Shown here in pieces: positions 30,328-40,794 of a DNA stretch of 64,000 nucleotides. A model generated the notes under the pieces. It searched no databases. It saw only the letters and a list, made by a program, of their open reading frames with translations, and was not told the DNA's origin. Position 1 is the first letter of the stretch. Each line of letters begins with the position of its first letter. This DNA is from a bacterium (GTDB lineage: Bacteria > Babelota > Babeliae > Babelales > UBA12409). The stretch is from contig JABJKG010000006.1 of NCBI GenBank assembly GCA_018660415.1, positions 142,448 through 206,447 of the forward strand, read 5' to 3'. The position numbers and the translations under genes were made by a program.

Positions 30328-30843
30328 ATGTCTAAAAAAGTTTTACTAGTTATTGCTAGTAAAGAATTTCAACCGGTTGAATACGGAAAAACTAAAGAAG
30401 TTTTAGAAGATAATAATATTGAAGTTGTTACAGCGAGTGATGCTTCAGGTCAAGCTTATGCAACTGATGGATCGGTAGTGCATATCAATCTTACTTTAGA
30501 TGAAATAGACATGTCATTGTTTGATGGTATTTTTCTCATCGGTGGCGGTGGTGCTATGAAGTATTTAGACACGGGTGTTATGTATAATCTGTTACGTACA
30601 GCACAACGTGAAAGTAGGGCGTATGGCGCTATTTGTATTTCACCAAGGATTTTAGCCGCAGCTGGTGTGTTGAATGGTAAGAAAGCAACAGGTTGGGATA
30701 GTGATGATAAGCTGACTGAAGTGTTTAAAAAGCATAATGTTGAGTATGTTAAAGAACCTGTCGTTGTTGACGGTAATCTTGTAACGGCTGTTGACCCAAA
30801 AGCTGCAGAAGAATTTGGAAAAGCGATTGTAAAAATTTTATAG
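30328..30843 (+). CDS. DJ-1/PfpI family protein
   Basis: It begins MSKKVLLVIASKEF and has FDGIFLIGGGG and the nucleophile elbow GAICISPRILAAAGVL. Confidence 0.8.
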   Translation: MSKKVLLVIASKEFQPVEYGKTKEVLEDNNIEVVTASDASGQAYATDGSVVHINLTLDEIDMSLFDGIFLIGGGGAMKYLDTGVMYNLLRTAQRESRAYGAICISPRILAAAGVLNGKKATGWDSDDKLTEVFKKHNVEYVKEPVVVDGNLVTAVDPKAAEEFGKAIVKIL

Positions 30844-30855
30844 TAACGAGGCTTC

Positions 30856-32589
30856 ATGGAAACTCTTCAGGGTTCAAAGTACGCTTGGATCTTGCCACAA
30901 GAATTTGATACCATTGTGGATCAAGCAAGTAAGTATAAATTATCTATTCCCTTAATGCATACCCTCACTTCAAGAGGTATAACCACCAAAGAAGATATTG
31001 ATTCATTTTTATTTAGTGCGTTTGAAAAAGAAGTTCATGATACTTCTTTAATGAAGGATGCTGACAAGGCGGTTAAAAGAATATTAGAAGCTATTGAGAA
31101 TGGTGAGAAAATATTAGTAGCGGGCGATTACGATGTTGATGGAATAACCTCTAGTGCGTTAATGCTCATTTGTTTATTACCGCTTGGTGCTAATATCAAT
31201 TTTTTCTTACCTAATCGTGTTAAGGATGGATACGGTTTATCACCTAAGGTGGTTCAACGAGCTGCTGATAACGATTATAAAGTTATTATAACCGTGGATA
31301 ATGGAATAACAGCGTTTGAGCCAGCAGAGTTAGCCAAAAAGCTAGGTGTTGATTTAATCATAACGGATCACCATAGACCACACGACAAAGTTCCTGATGC
31401 GTTTGCCATTGTTGATCCTGCACAAAATGATTGTGAGTATCCATTCAAATACTTAGCCGGTGTTGGTGTAACATTTAAAATACTTTCCTTATTGTATGCA
31501 CAAAAAGGGTTAGACATACCAGAAAAAGCTTATGAGTTGCTTTTGTTTGGGACCGTGGCTGATGTGGTACCATTAAAAGGTGAAAATCGATTTTGGGTAC
31601 GACACGGTTTAAATTTGCTTAATCAGGGAGAAAGTTTTCCTGTTAAAGTGATGAGGCGGAATAGTAAGCTTAATAAACCAAAAATTTCTGCTTCTGATAT
31701 TGGATTTTTTTTGGCTCCTCAGTTGAACGCTCTTGGACGCCTTGATGATGCACGGCAGGGCGTTAAGTTCCTCATTGGTGCTGATCATAAAGAAACAGAA
31801 TTTATTGGGAGCATCCTACTCGAATTGAATGATGCACGAAGAGAAGTAGAACGTTCAATTGTTGAACAAGTAGAGCGAGAAATTAAGTCGGGTAATATTG
31901 ATTTTGAAACAGAGAATGTTATTATGGCGGCTGGTGATAATTGGCCTGCCGGTGTGATTGGATTAGTTGCATCGCGTATGATTTCTGCTCATGGTAAGCC
32001 TGCGTTACTTTTTCATTTAACCAAGGATGGACAAGCTAAGGGGTCGTGTCGTTCTATTCCTGAATTTAATATGTTCGATGCTTTAACCAAGTGTAAAGAC
32101 TTGTTGACTCAGTTTGGGGGTCATTCATTGGCTGCAGGGCTATCATTACCACAGAAAAACTTACCTGAACTGAAAAAAAGGTTAGAAGCGTTGGTTGCAG
32201 AGCAATTAACACCGTTTGATTTACAACAGAAAATTACACTTGATGCTCCAATCATTTTAGCTGATCTTAATAAGAAATTTATGCATGATATGGGCTTGTT
32301 TGAACCATTTGGGAATGAAAATAGAAATCCTAGTTTTTTAATTCGGGATGTTACCCTGGTTGAAGAGCCGCGATTGCTTAAAGACTTACACGTGAAGTTT
32401 AGAGTGTTTGCTGATGGTGTTATCAAGCCGGTAATGTTTTTCAATCGTCCCGAGCTGTTTGAACAATTGAGACATCAAGGCGAAAAGGCCTTTGACTTGG
32501 CTGCGCAAGTGACTGAGAATTATTGGAATGGAACGAGCACTATTGAACTTATTGGTATTGATATTGCGTTTAAAGATGAACTAAAATAA
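30856..32589 (+). CDS. recJ: Single-stranded-DNA-specific exonuclease RecJ
   Basis: It has the DHH motifs ILVAGDYDVDGITS, ITVDNG and ITDHH, and the DHHA1 segment FGGHSLAAG. Confidence 0.92.
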   Translation: METLQGSKYAWILPQEFDTIVDQASKYKLSIPLMHTLTSRGITTKEDIDSFLFSAFEKEVHDTSLMKDADKAVKRILEAIENGEKILVAGDYDVDGITSSALMLICLLPLGANINFFLPNRVKDGYGLSPKVVQRAADNDYKVIITVDNGITAFEPAELAKKLGVDLIITDHHRPHDKVPDAFAIVDPAQNDCEYPFKYLAGVGVTFKILSLLYAQKGLDIPEKAYELLLFGTVADVVPLKGENRFWVRHGLNLLNQGESFPVKVMRRNSKLNKPKISASDIGFFLAPQLNALGRLDDARQGVKFLIGADHKETEFIGSILLELNDARREVERSIVEQVEREIKSGNIDFETENVIMAAGDNWPAGVIGLVASRMISAHGKPALLFHLTKDGQAKGSCRSIPEFNMFDALTKCKDLLTQFGGHSLAAGLSLPQKNLPELKKRLEALVAEQLTPFDLQQKITLDAPIILADLNKKFMHDMGLFEPFGNENRNPSFLIRDVTLVEEPRLLKDLHVKFRVFADGVIKPVMFFNRPELFEQLRHQGEKAFDLAAQVTENYWNGTSTIELIGIDIAFKDELK

Positions 32590-32595
32590 GAGAAA

Positions 32596-33267
32596 ATGAT
32601 GAAAAATATAATAACCATTGATGGTCCAGTAGCAAGTGGGAAATCTAGTCTTGCGCGGGCGTTGGCAAACAAGTTAGGATATTATCATATCAATAGCGGA
32701 TATTTTTATCGTTCACTAGCGTATATACTGATCAAGTTTTGTAAGAAGACTCTTGATGATTTACGTGCGTTGGATCAAGAAGATATTGAGTGTATCGATT
32801 TAAATAAGCTTGAGTATGTATACGATGAGGGTCGCCCACAAGTGTTTTACCAAGGTACTGACTTGACCCCACATCTTAAGACTCGCGATATTGACGATGG
32901 AGCATCCACGATTTCGACCTATCCGTTCATCCGTGAAGCTGTTAATAAGTTTCAACATCAGCTGGCGGGAGATCATGATATTGTTATTGATGGGCGTGAT
33001 ATTGGGACTATTGTATTTCCCGAGGCGAAAATAAAAATATTTTTAACAGCGTCTGAAGAAGAACGAACAAGTCGCTGGCAGAATGATCAAAGGAAAAAGG
33101 GGAATATATTTTCATTTGATCAAAGTTTGGCAGAGGTTCAAGAGCGGGATCGTCGTGATACTACGCGTAGCATAGCGCCACTCACTATCCCTGAAAACGG
33201 GCTTGTAATTGATAATAGTAATCGTAGTAACGAGGATGTGGTACGAGAAGTTTTGGAATTGATATAA
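32596..33267 (+). CDS. cmk: Cytidylate kinase
   Basis: It has ITIDGPVASGKSSLARALANKLGY, DGRDIGTIVFPEA and the ERDRRDTTRSIAPL lid. Confidence 0.9.
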   Translation: MMKNIITIDGPVASGKSSLARALANKLGYYHINSGYFYRSLAYILIKFCKKTLDDLRALDQEDIECIDLNKLEYVYDEGRPQVFYQGTDLTPHLKTRDIDDGASTISTYPFIREAVNKFQHQLAGDHDIVIDGRDIGTIVFPEAKIKIFLTASEEERTSRWQNDQRKKGNIFSFDQSLAEVQERDRRDTTRSIAPLTIPENGLVIDNSNRSNEDVVREVLELI

Positions 33268-33287
33268 TATATTTTAAGCAAAAAAAA

Positions 33288-33310
33288 GCGCCTCTTATAA
33301 TAAGAGGCGC
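33288..33310. terminator. Bidirectional rho-independent terminator
   Basis: The hairpin GCGCCTCTTA-taa-TAAGAGGCGC is flanked by A8 upstream and T6 downstream. It lies between convergent cmk and the small ORF 33332..33514. Confidence 0.8.
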
Positions 33311-33331
33311 TTTTTTATTACCTGGATTTAT

Positions 33332-33514
33332 TTATCCACAGTTTTCGTCTTCATCATAGTCAATACGACCTGAATCATATCCTTCAAACTCTTTCATACG
33401 TTCATTAACGTATCCAGATGGTTCTTCTTCATAGCTAGCAACGGTGGTTTTTTTCCCACAGTTAGCAAGAGCTAAGACTGATAAGATTGAAACGATAGAC
33501 ATTAACTTTTTCAC
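33332..33514 (-). CDS. Small acidic secreted protein, possible lipoprotein
   Basis: The 60-aa protein begins MKKLMSIVSILSVLALANCGKK. This lipobox-like Cys has an atypical Asn at position -1. Confidence 0.4.
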   Translation of the reverse strand: MKKLMSIVSILSVLALANCGKKTTVASYEEEPSGYVNERMKEFEGYDSGRIDYDEDENCG

Positions 33515-33544
33515 GATATCTCCTAAAAGTGTAGAGTTAGTTTG

Positions 33545-35974
33545 TTATTTCTTTTTTTTTCTAGTTTTTGTAGCAACTTTTTTCATTGGTTGGCTTTTCT
33601 TGAAAATTTTCTTTTCAAAGATTTGTCCTAGAACTTCATCAACATGATCAACAAACACTAATTTTAGGTCTTTGTCTACATCTTTGATGAATTCTTGAAC
33701 GTCATCATGGTTTTCCTTAGGAAGAAAAATCTTTTCGATACCATACCGCTTGGCTGCAAGTATTTTTTCTTTCAAGCCACCAACTGCAAGCACACGACCA
33801 CGTAATGTGATTTCTCCTGTCATTGCCACTTTCTTTTTTACAGAATTTTTTGACAATGCTGACACGAGGGCTGTACAGAGTGCAATCCCGGCAGAAGGAC
33901 CATCTTTAGGGGTCGCTCCTTCAGGTATATGGACATGAATATCTTTATTGTTTGCAAATGCAGCAGGTATTCCAAGCTCCTTACAACGGGATCGGATATA
34001 ACTAACAGCTGCTTGTGCAGACTCTTGCATCACTTCACCAAGTTGTCCAGTTAGTGTAGCAGTTCCTTTACCTGGCAAGACGGATGCTTCAATTTCGAGA
34101 ACATCGCCACCAACTTCAGTCCATGCTAGACCGGTAACCAGTCCGATGGAATCTTTCTTCTTAGGATCCAGTGTTGTTCGTTTATATTTAGTAAACCCAA
34201 GCCATTCTTTAATAAGAGTTGGTGTCACGGTGACACTTTTCTTTTCTTTTTTCAAGATTACTTGGATGGTTTTACGTAATAATTTAGCGACAACACGATC
34301 AAGCTGTCGAACTCCAGATTCTTTGGTGTATTCTTCAATCAGGATTTCAATAGCGGGAACCCCAAGTTTGAACTGGCGTCCATTGAGACCGTATTCCTTT
34401 AGTCCTTTAGGGATGAGGAATTTTTGAGCGATATCAACTTTTTCAGATTCTGTGTATCCTGCAAGGTTAACAATTTCCATACGATCAAAAAGTGGGTATG
34501 GAATGTTTTCCAGCATGTTAGCTGTAGTAATAAACATTACTTGAGATAGATCATATTCAAGATCAAGGAAATGATCTACAAATCCTTTGTTTTGTTCTGG
34601 ATCTAACACCTCTAATAATGCTGCTGATGGATCGCCATGAACGTCATTAGACATTTTATCGATTTCATCGAGCAATATAACTGGGTTTTTAACCTTAGCC
34701 TTTTTCATTGCTTGGATAATTTTACCAGGAAGCGCTCCTATATAGGTTCGCCTGTGGCCACGAATTTCAGCTTCATCTCGTACTCCACCGAGTGAAAGAC
34801 GAACAAACTCACGCCCAAGGCTTTCTGCAATAGTCTTTGCTAATGATGTTTTTCCAACACCAGGAGCACCTACAAAGCAAATAACCGGTGATCGTTCCTG
34901 AGATCCTCTAAACTTAATTGCTGCTAAGAACTCTAAAATACGCTCTTTTGCCTTTTGGAGACCAGCATGAGATTCATTGAGAATCTTTTCTGCCTTAGAG
35001 AGTGCAATATTATCTTTAGTAGCATTTTTCCAAGGTAATCCAGTTACCCATTCGACGTAATGACGGCTGACAACCGCTTCCGAAGAAAGTGGAGGCATTT
35101 GTTCTAAGCGCTTTAATTCTTTTTCTACTTTTTCATTAGCTTCTGTGGTGAGGCCTAAACTCTTCAAGGATTCACGTATTTTGATGATCTCAGAGGAGTG
35201 ATCATCACGACCTAGCTCTTTCTGGATAGCTTTCATTTGTTCGCTTAGATAGTATTCTCGTTGGTTTTTTTCAACCTGTGTTTGAATACGTCCTTTAATA
35301 CGTTGTTCTGTTTGAAGAATTTCTATTTCTTTTTGTAAAAGCCCTGCTACCTTGAGTATTCGTTGATTGAGGTCGAAGAGTTCTAATACAGCCTGTCTTT
35401 CATCGAAAGACAATGAAAGCTGAACAGCCATAGTATCGATTAAGTTGTCGATATCATCCATGGTACGTGCTTGAGCGAGTAAGTCCTGAGGAGCTCGATC
35501 ATTTAGCTTTGCATATTCGCCGTAGAGTTCTTTAGCCTGTCTCCACAATGCTTCGAGCTCGACGCTATTATTAGCATTGGTAGTTGGTAGGTCTTCGAAG
35601 TATGCACCCATAAACTCGCCATTGTCTTCTAAATGTACAATCTTAGCACGAGAAATTCCTTCAATGAGAATCTTGAGTGCATTATTTGGCATGCGGATAA
35701 CTTGCAAAATAGTGGCTCTGAGGCCATATTCGAAGATATCATCTCCAGTAGGGTTCTCAACATTAGGGTTCTTTTGTGCTGTGACAAAGAGGGACTTATT
35801 ATGTTTAAGGGCATACTCAACTGCCTGAATGGAGGATTTACGTCCTACGATTACAGGATTAATACTTTTTGGGAGGATGACCACGTTTTTTAGAGGAAGA
35901 ACTGATAGGTAATCAGTTTGCTCTTCTTCTGCCGATTGTGGCTCCTGTAGGGTGATTTCCTTTTCGTCTATCAT
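33545..35974 (-). CDS. lon: ATP-dependent Lon protease
   Basis: The 809-aa protein has a LON N-domain and an AAA+ module (GAPGVGKTSLAKTIA, ILLDEIDK). Its protease domain has the catalytic PKDGPSAG. Confidence 0.97.
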   Translation of the reverse strand: MIDEKEITLQEPQSAEEEQTDYLSVLPLKNVVILPKSINPVIVGRKSSIQAVEYALKHNKSLFVTAQKNPNVENPTGDDIFEYGLRATILQVIRMPNNALKILIEGISRAKIVHLEDNGEFMGAYFEDLPTTNANNSVELEALWRQAKELYGEYAKLNDRAPQDLLAQARTMDDIDNLIDTMAVQLSLSFDERQAVLELFDLNQRILKVAGLLQKEIEILQTEQRIKGRIQTQVEKNQREYYLSEQMKAIQKELGRDDHSSEIIKIRESLKSLGLTTEANEKVEKELKRLEQMPPLSSEAVVSRHYVEWVTGLPWKNATKDNIALSKAEKILNESHAGLQKAKERILEFLAAIKFRGSQERSPVICFVGAPGVGKTSLAKTIAESLGREFVRLSLGGVRDEAEIRGHRRTYIGALPGKIIQAMKKAKVKNPVILLDEIDKMSNDVHGDPSAALLEVLDPEQNKGFVDHFLDLEYDLSQVMFITTANMLENIPYPLFDRMEIVNLAGYTESEKVDIAQKFLIPKGLKEYGLNGRQFKLGVPAIEILIEEYTKESGVRQLDRVVAKLLRKTIQVILKKEKKSVTVTPTLIKEWLGFTKYKRTTLDPKKKDSIGLVTGLAWTEVGGDVLEIEASVLPGKGTATLTGQLGEVMQESAQAAVSYIRSRCKELGIPAAFANNKDIHVHIPEGATPKDGPSAGIALCTALVSALSKNSVKKKVAMTGEITLRGRVLAVGGLKEKILAAKRYGIEKIFLPKENHDDVQEFIKDVDKDLKLVFVDHVDEVLGQIFEKKIFKKSQPMKKVATKTRKKKK

Positions 35975-36427
35975 ATTTTTATTTGATCCTACGTAAAATT
36001 GATATTATACTGAGGAAGGTGATTTTCTGATTTAAAATTTTGCTTATTTATAAAGATAGTTTATCATAATTAAGCTTGAGAGTAAATGGGGATTTTTTAA
36101 ACCATTACCTTAAATAACAGGCACAGAGTGGCCTTTTCTTTCAGTGTTAGCCTTTGAATAATGCGTCTGAGTGACGTTTTAGGCTTTTCTATCTCTTTCT
36201 CGTGAAGATTTTTCAATGATAGGGACTGCTTTCCTTTGAAGAGGGGGGTGGGCTACTGGAGCATTCAAGTAATAAGTGTGTTAAAAGGGAGTGAATATGA
36301 TGGCAAAGTAATTAATAGGCGATTTTGAATTGAAAATAATTTTGGCAAAGTTGTGTAAGTTTGCTAAAATTAAAATTGAAATAGATTTATTTATTTTTTC
36401 TTACTTATTTTAAAGGATTGTTTCACT

Positions 36428-37795
36428 ATGATGTCATTTTTGAAAAGAATGTACGGCAACTTTCAAAGCCGTGAAGAAGTTTTCAAGTTTGTAGTTCTCG
36501 GATTCATATTTTTCCTTGTAATTGGAACCTACTGGACTCTACGTCCTTTGAAGGATGGATTGTTTCTTTCTATCGTTGGTGGAATCTACCAGCCTTATGC
36601 AAAGATACTTTCTATGTTTGCAGTTTTTCCGATTGTTATGTTCTACTCTAAACTTATCGATTGGTTCTCTCGAGATAAGGTGTTTTATATTTTAACGGCG
36701 TTCTACTGTGTAACTGCATTTGCTTTTGCATTAGCATTTATGAACCCAACAATTGGTCTTGCAAACACTGTAGAAAGCCCATCACGAATCTTGGGTTGGC
36801 TTTGGTACGTTTGGGTTGAAAGTTTTGGATCACTAATTGTTGCATTGTTCTGGGCGTATACCGCTGATATTACTGCACCAGATGTAGCAAAAAGAGGTTA
36901 CCCTCTGATTGTTCTCTTTGGTCAGCTGGGCAATATTCTTGGACCATTGTTTTTGACACCACTTGGAAAGAACTTTTTCAATGGTGACAGTAGTCCAGTT
37001 GTGGCTATTACAGGTGTTTTGATTTTCTGTATCGGTTTTATGGTTTGGATTTTCGGTAGAATTGTACCAGCAAGTCAACGTCAGGGTTATAAATCTGCTG
37101 ATGAAGCTAAGGTTGATAAGAAAGAAAAAGGAGAAGCTGGATTCTTTGAAGGTCTTTTCCTATTATTAAGAACTCCTTACCTATTGAGTATTTTCTTTAT
37201 TATTACAATTTTTGAAATGATTGTTACAGTATTTGATTTCTTACTTAAGATTAACGTTGCAGAAAACTTTGCGACAAGTGCTGAGCGAGTTGCATATTTA
37301 GGAAGCTATGCTTGGATGACCGGCTTGGTTGCATTCTTGTGTGTTATCCTTGGTATTAACAATATTCAACGTAAAGTTGGTATGACAGCGTCATTACTTA
37401 TTTTACCGTTCTTGGTTCTGTTTGCAGTATTAACATCTAAGTTCTACACTGGTCTTGCAGTATTCTTCTGGATCATGGTATTTGCTAAAGCTGTTAACTA
37501 TGCATTAAACCAACCAACATTGAAACAGCTTTACATTCCAACCAGTGCTGATGCGAAATACAAATCTCAAGCTTGGATTGAAATGTTTGGAAGTCGAGGA
37601 TCAAAAGGTACAGGTTCATTCTTTAATACATTCCGCGAAGGATTTATTAAGATGTCCGGTCCTGCTGGTGCCGCAGCATTTATGACGATATTCACATTTG
37701 GTGGTGTTGGATTAATTACCTTATGGGTACCAATTGCTATATATGCTTCAAGAAAATACAACACTGCAGTTAAGGAAAACAAGGTTGTATGTTAA
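36428..37795 (+). CDS. ATP/ADP translocase-like nucleotide transporter (NTT/Tlc family), copy 1 (divergent)
   Basis: The 455-aa protein has about 12 hydrophobic helices. Its N-terminus has the Tlc-like pattern FKFVVLGFIFFLVIGTYWTLRPLKDGLFLSIVG. It is collinear with the two downstream paralogs. Confidence 0.75.
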   Translation: MMSFLKRMYGNFQSREEVFKFVVLGFIFFLVIGTYWTLRPLKDGLFLSIVGGIYQPYAKILSMFAVFPIVMFYSKLIDWFSRDKVFYILTAFYCVTAFAFALAFMNPTIGLANTVESPSRILGWLWYVWVESFGSLIVALFWAYTADITAPDVAKRGYPLIVLFGQLGNILGPLFLTPLGKNFFNGDSSPVVAITGVLIFCIGFMVWIFGRIVPASQRQGYKSADEAKVDKKEKGEAGFFEGLFLLLRTPYLLSIFFIITIFEMIVTVFDFLLKINVAENFATSAERVAYLGSYAWMTGLVAFLCVILGINNIQRKVGMTASLLILPFLVLFAVLTSKFYTGLAVFFWIMVFAKAVNYALNQPTLKQLYIPTSADAKYKSQAWIEMFGSRGSKGTGSFFNTFREGFIKMSGPAGAAAFMTIFTFGGVGLITLWVPIAIYASRKYNTAVKENKVVC

Positions 37796-37824
37796 AAATA
37801 GTACGATATAAAGTATGATAAAAA

Positions 37825-37860
37825 AGAGCTCTCTAAGCAAATTAGAGAGCTCTTTTTCTT
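37825..37860 (+). terminator. Rho-independent terminator after NTT copy 1
   Basis: A 12-bp stem, AGAGCTCTCTAA-gcaaa-TTAGAGAGCTCT, is followed by TTTTTCTT. Confidence 0.85.
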
Positions 37861-37932
37861 AAAAAGGGTAGGGTTGTTAGTAGGAGTCAAAAAGAGGCAT
37901 ATTACTAATTTGTTGTAAGGGATTACGATACT

Positions 37933-39339
37933 ATGAGTTCTAAGTTTTGGAGTTTTTGGGACGTTGAGCGTTCAGAGTATTTGAAATTGGTCTATCTATC
38001 TTTGGCGTTCTTCTTTGTAATTGCGGCATACACCGTGATGAAGGATCTCAAGGATTCGATCTTTATTTATACGGTGGGGCGTTCGTATTTACCAACGGCA
38101 AAAATTTTATCTATGATTGTGTTGATTCCAGCAATTTTGTTGTTTTCATACTTAGTAGATAGAATGCGTCGGTATCGGCTGTTGTGTGCCTATAGCATTG
38201 CATTTAGCCTGATCGGGTTTGCTTGTGCTTATTTGCTGGGAAATCCAGTAGTAGGTTTAGATAATCCAGTAACAAGTCCGAATCGTTGGTTTGGTTGGTT
38301 CTTTTTCTTTTTTGTTGAAGGGTATTCACCTTTTATTGTGAGTCTGTTTTGGGCATTTGCTAACTCGATTAACAGTCCAAAAGAAACCAAAAAATATTAT
38401 TCATACATGGTTGCAGCTTCTAAGGTCGGCGGTATTGTTACGGCGGCATTTTCTTGGTATTTTTTCAGTTGTAATTTCAATTCTGCTGTACCGATCAGCG
38501 GAACGTTAAAACATCAAATAATTGTAGCGTTATCTTCAGCGTTATTATTATTAGTTCCGGTTGTTATTTTCTTCATGGTCAAAACGGTGCCAGGATACAT
38601 GCTTCATGGTTATGAAGCGGTTTATAAAGAAGAAAAGGCTATGAAAAAGGCTGGTAAAGAAAAAAGTGGCCTTTTTAGTGGATTGTGGCTTCTTTTTAAG
38701 GTTCCTTATGTGATGGGGATCTTTGGCATTATTTTCTTTTATGAAGTTATTAACGTGGTTTTGTCCTATCAGCGGTTAGTCTTGCTTGATACTGGCGCAA
38801 AAGATGTGGCAGAGTTGAGTTGTTCATTGTTAGAGCAAATGTTCTATGTACACGTTTTTGGTTTACTTATTGCTCTATTTGGAACTACGTACCTATTAAG
38901 AAAATATGGAGAGCGTAAGTGTCTTCTCTTTGTTCCTGTTTCGATAGGGGTATTGATTGCTATATTTATGGCTTTTGGGGCATGGCATTTCCATGTATTA
39001 ACATCGGTCTTTGTATTAATGCGATCTATTCACTATGCAATCAGCTATCCGGTTCGAGAAGCGCTGTATGTTCCGACTTTGAAAGAGATTAAGTTTAAAT
39101 CCAAGTCATGGATTGATTCATTTGGTCAGAAGTTTGCCAAGAGCTTTGGATCTACCTTTAATAAAATAGCCGAATCGGTTTTTGTACGGTATGGTGCCTC
39201 AGCATTTGTGTCGCTAGAAGCGGCATTTTTTGCTACACTAATAGGTTCATGGATCTTAGTGGCCTATTTTATTGGTCGGCGTTATAGTCAAGTAGTGAAA
39301 GACAACGAAATTATTGGGTTATCCAGCGATAACAAATAG
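37933..39339 (+). CDS. ATP/ADP translocase-like nucleotide transporter (NTT/Tlc family), copy 2
   Basis: The 468-aa protein has YLKLVYLSLAFFFVIAAYTVMKDLKDSIFIYTVGRSYLPTAKILSM. By eye, most positions are identical to copy 3 over the full length. Confidence 0.75.
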   Translation: MSSKFWSFWDVERSEYLKLVYLSLAFFFVIAAYTVMKDLKDSIFIYTVGRSYLPTAKILSMIVLIPAILLFSYLVDRMRRYRLLCAYSIAFSLIGFACAYLLGNPVVGLDNPVTSPNRWFGWFFFFFVEGYSPFIVSLFWAFANSINSPKETKKYYSYMVAASKVGGIVTAAFSWYFFSCNFNSAVPISGTLKHQIIVALSSALLLLVPVVIFFMVKTVPGYMLHGYEAVYKEEKAMKKAGKEKSGLFSGLWLLFKVPYVMGIFGIIFFYEVINVVLSYQRLVLLDTGAKDVAELSCSLLEQMFYVHVFGLLIALFGTTYLLRKYGERKCLLFVPVSIGVLIAIFMAFGAWHFHVLTSVFVLMRSIHYAISYPVREALYVPTLKEIKFKSKSWIDSFGQKFAKSFGSTFNKIAESVFVRYGASAFVSLEAAFFATLIGSWILVAYFIGRRYSQVVKDNEIIGLSSDNK

Positions 39340-39390
39340 GGTTAAAAATGAGCAAGCGGTGTATTACTAACTTGTTGCAAGGGATTTAAA

Positions 39391-40794
39391 ATGGGTTTTT
39401 TAGGCCAGAATTTTTTGAATCTAGATCGTTATGAGAAATTAAAGTTCTTGTACTTATCCGGGGCGTTTTTCTTTGTTATATCATCCTATACTGTAATGCG
39501 TGAGCTTAAAGACTCCGTTTTTATATATGTAGTGGGACGTTCTTACCTGCCTACAGCTAAAATACTTTCTATGATCGTTTTGATACCGGCAGTTTTACTG
39601 TTTGCTTACTTGGTTGATAGAATGAGACGATATCGATTGTTGTGTGTCTATACTATTGCATTTAGCTTGATAGGACTAGTCTGCGCTTATTTACTAGGGA
39701 ATCCTACTATTGGGTTGGATAATACAGTATCAAGTCCATATCGTTGGTTTGGTTGGTTTTTCTTCTTTTTTATCGAAGGATATTCACCATTCATAGTGAG
39801 TCTGTTTTGGGCGTTTGCCAACTCGGTAAGTAGTCCAAATGAAACAAAAAAGTACTATTCTTTTATGGTAGCGGGATCTAAGATTGGTGGCATGCTAGTG
39901 GCGGCGATTTCCTGGTATTTTTTCAGTTGTCAGTATACAGGTTCTATTGTTCTATCCAGTACAGTAAAGCATCAGCTTATTGTGGCTTCCTCGTCGGTGT
40001 TATTAATGATTGTACCGATTATTATACTTTGGATGATTCGGGTGGTTCCTGGGTATCGATTACATGGTTATGAGGCTGTATATAAAGAAGAAAAGGCTAT
40101 GAAAAAGGCTGGGGTAGAAAAGACTAGTATTTTTTCAGGATTATGGCTTTTGTTGAAGGTCCCTTATGTAATGGGTATTTTTGGCATGATCTTCTTTTAT
40201 GAGGTTATCAATGTGATTTTGTCATATCAGCGCTTGATTATAGCTGATAAGGCTGCTAATGATGTTGCAGGATTGAGTTGTTCCCTGTTTGAACAGAACT
40301 TTTTTGTACACTTGTTTAGTTTTTTAATCTCATTATTTGGTACAACCTACTTATTACGGAAGTATGGAGAGAGAAAGTGTCTTCTCTTTATTCCTATTGC
40401 TACAGGATTGTTGATTGTGGTGTTTATGCTCTTTGGTCACTGGCATTGGCATGTCTTGACTTCAGTGTTTGTTCTCATTCGCTCTATTAACTATGCTGTG
40501 AGCTACCCTGTTCGAGAAAGCCTCTATATTCCAACCTTGAAAGAGATCAAATTTAAGTCCAAGTCGTGGATCGATTCATTTGGTCAGAAGTTTGCCAAAA
40601 GCTTTGGTTCTACCTTTAATAAGATTGCTGAGTGGATCTTTGTTAATTATGGTGCAAATGCCTTTGTATCGGTTGAAGGAGGGTTTTTTGCTATTTTAAT
40701 AACGTCCTGGATCGCGGTTGCGTATCTTCTTGGGCGTCGCTATAGCAAGGTTATTAGAGATAATGAGATTATTGGGGTATCAGCATCAGATTGA
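39391..40794 (+). CDS. ATP/ADP translocase-like nucleotide transporter (NTT/Tlc family), copy 3
   Basis: The 467-aa protein is a tandem paralog of copy 2. Shared stretches include LKFLYLSGAFFFVISSYTVMRELKDSVFIYVVGRSYLPTAKILSM and KEIKFKSKSWIDSFGQKFAKSFGSTFNKIAE. Confidence 0.75.
   Translation: MGFLGQNFLNLDRYEKLKFLYLSGAFFFVISSYTVMRELKDSVFIYVVGRSYLPTAKILSMIVLIPAVLLFAYLVDRMRRYRLLCVYTIAFSLIGLVCAYLLGNPTIGLDNTVSSPYRWFGWFFFFFIEGYSPFIVSLFWAFANSVSSPNETKKYYSFMVAGSKIGGMLVAAISWYFFSCQYTGSIVLSSTVKHQLIVASSSVLLMIVPIIILWMIRVVPGYRLHGYEAVYKEEKAMKKAGVEKTSIFSGLWLLLKVPYVMGIFGMIFFYEVINVILSYQRLIIADKAANDVAGLSCSLFEQNFFVHLFSFLISLFGTTYLLRKYGERKCLLFIPIATGLLIVVFMLFGHWHWHVLTSVFVLIRSINYAVSYPVRESLYIPTLKEIKFKSKSWIDSFGQKFAKSFGSTFNKIAEWIFVNYGANAFVSVEGGFFAILITSWIAVAYLLGRRYSKVIRDNEIIGVSASD

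Noticed and set aside
33332-33340. Perfect DnaA-box consensus TTATCCACA, suggesting a possible oriC
   Set aside because: It is a single isolated box inside the last codons of a small ORF. There is no cluster of boxes, no AT-rich unwinding element and no nearby dnaA or dnaN.
36343-36364. Sigma54-type promoter (TGGCA ... TTGC) upstream of the first NTT gene
   Set aside because: The GG-to-GC spacing is 19 nt instead of the required 12 nt, so it does not fit the -24/-12 geometry.
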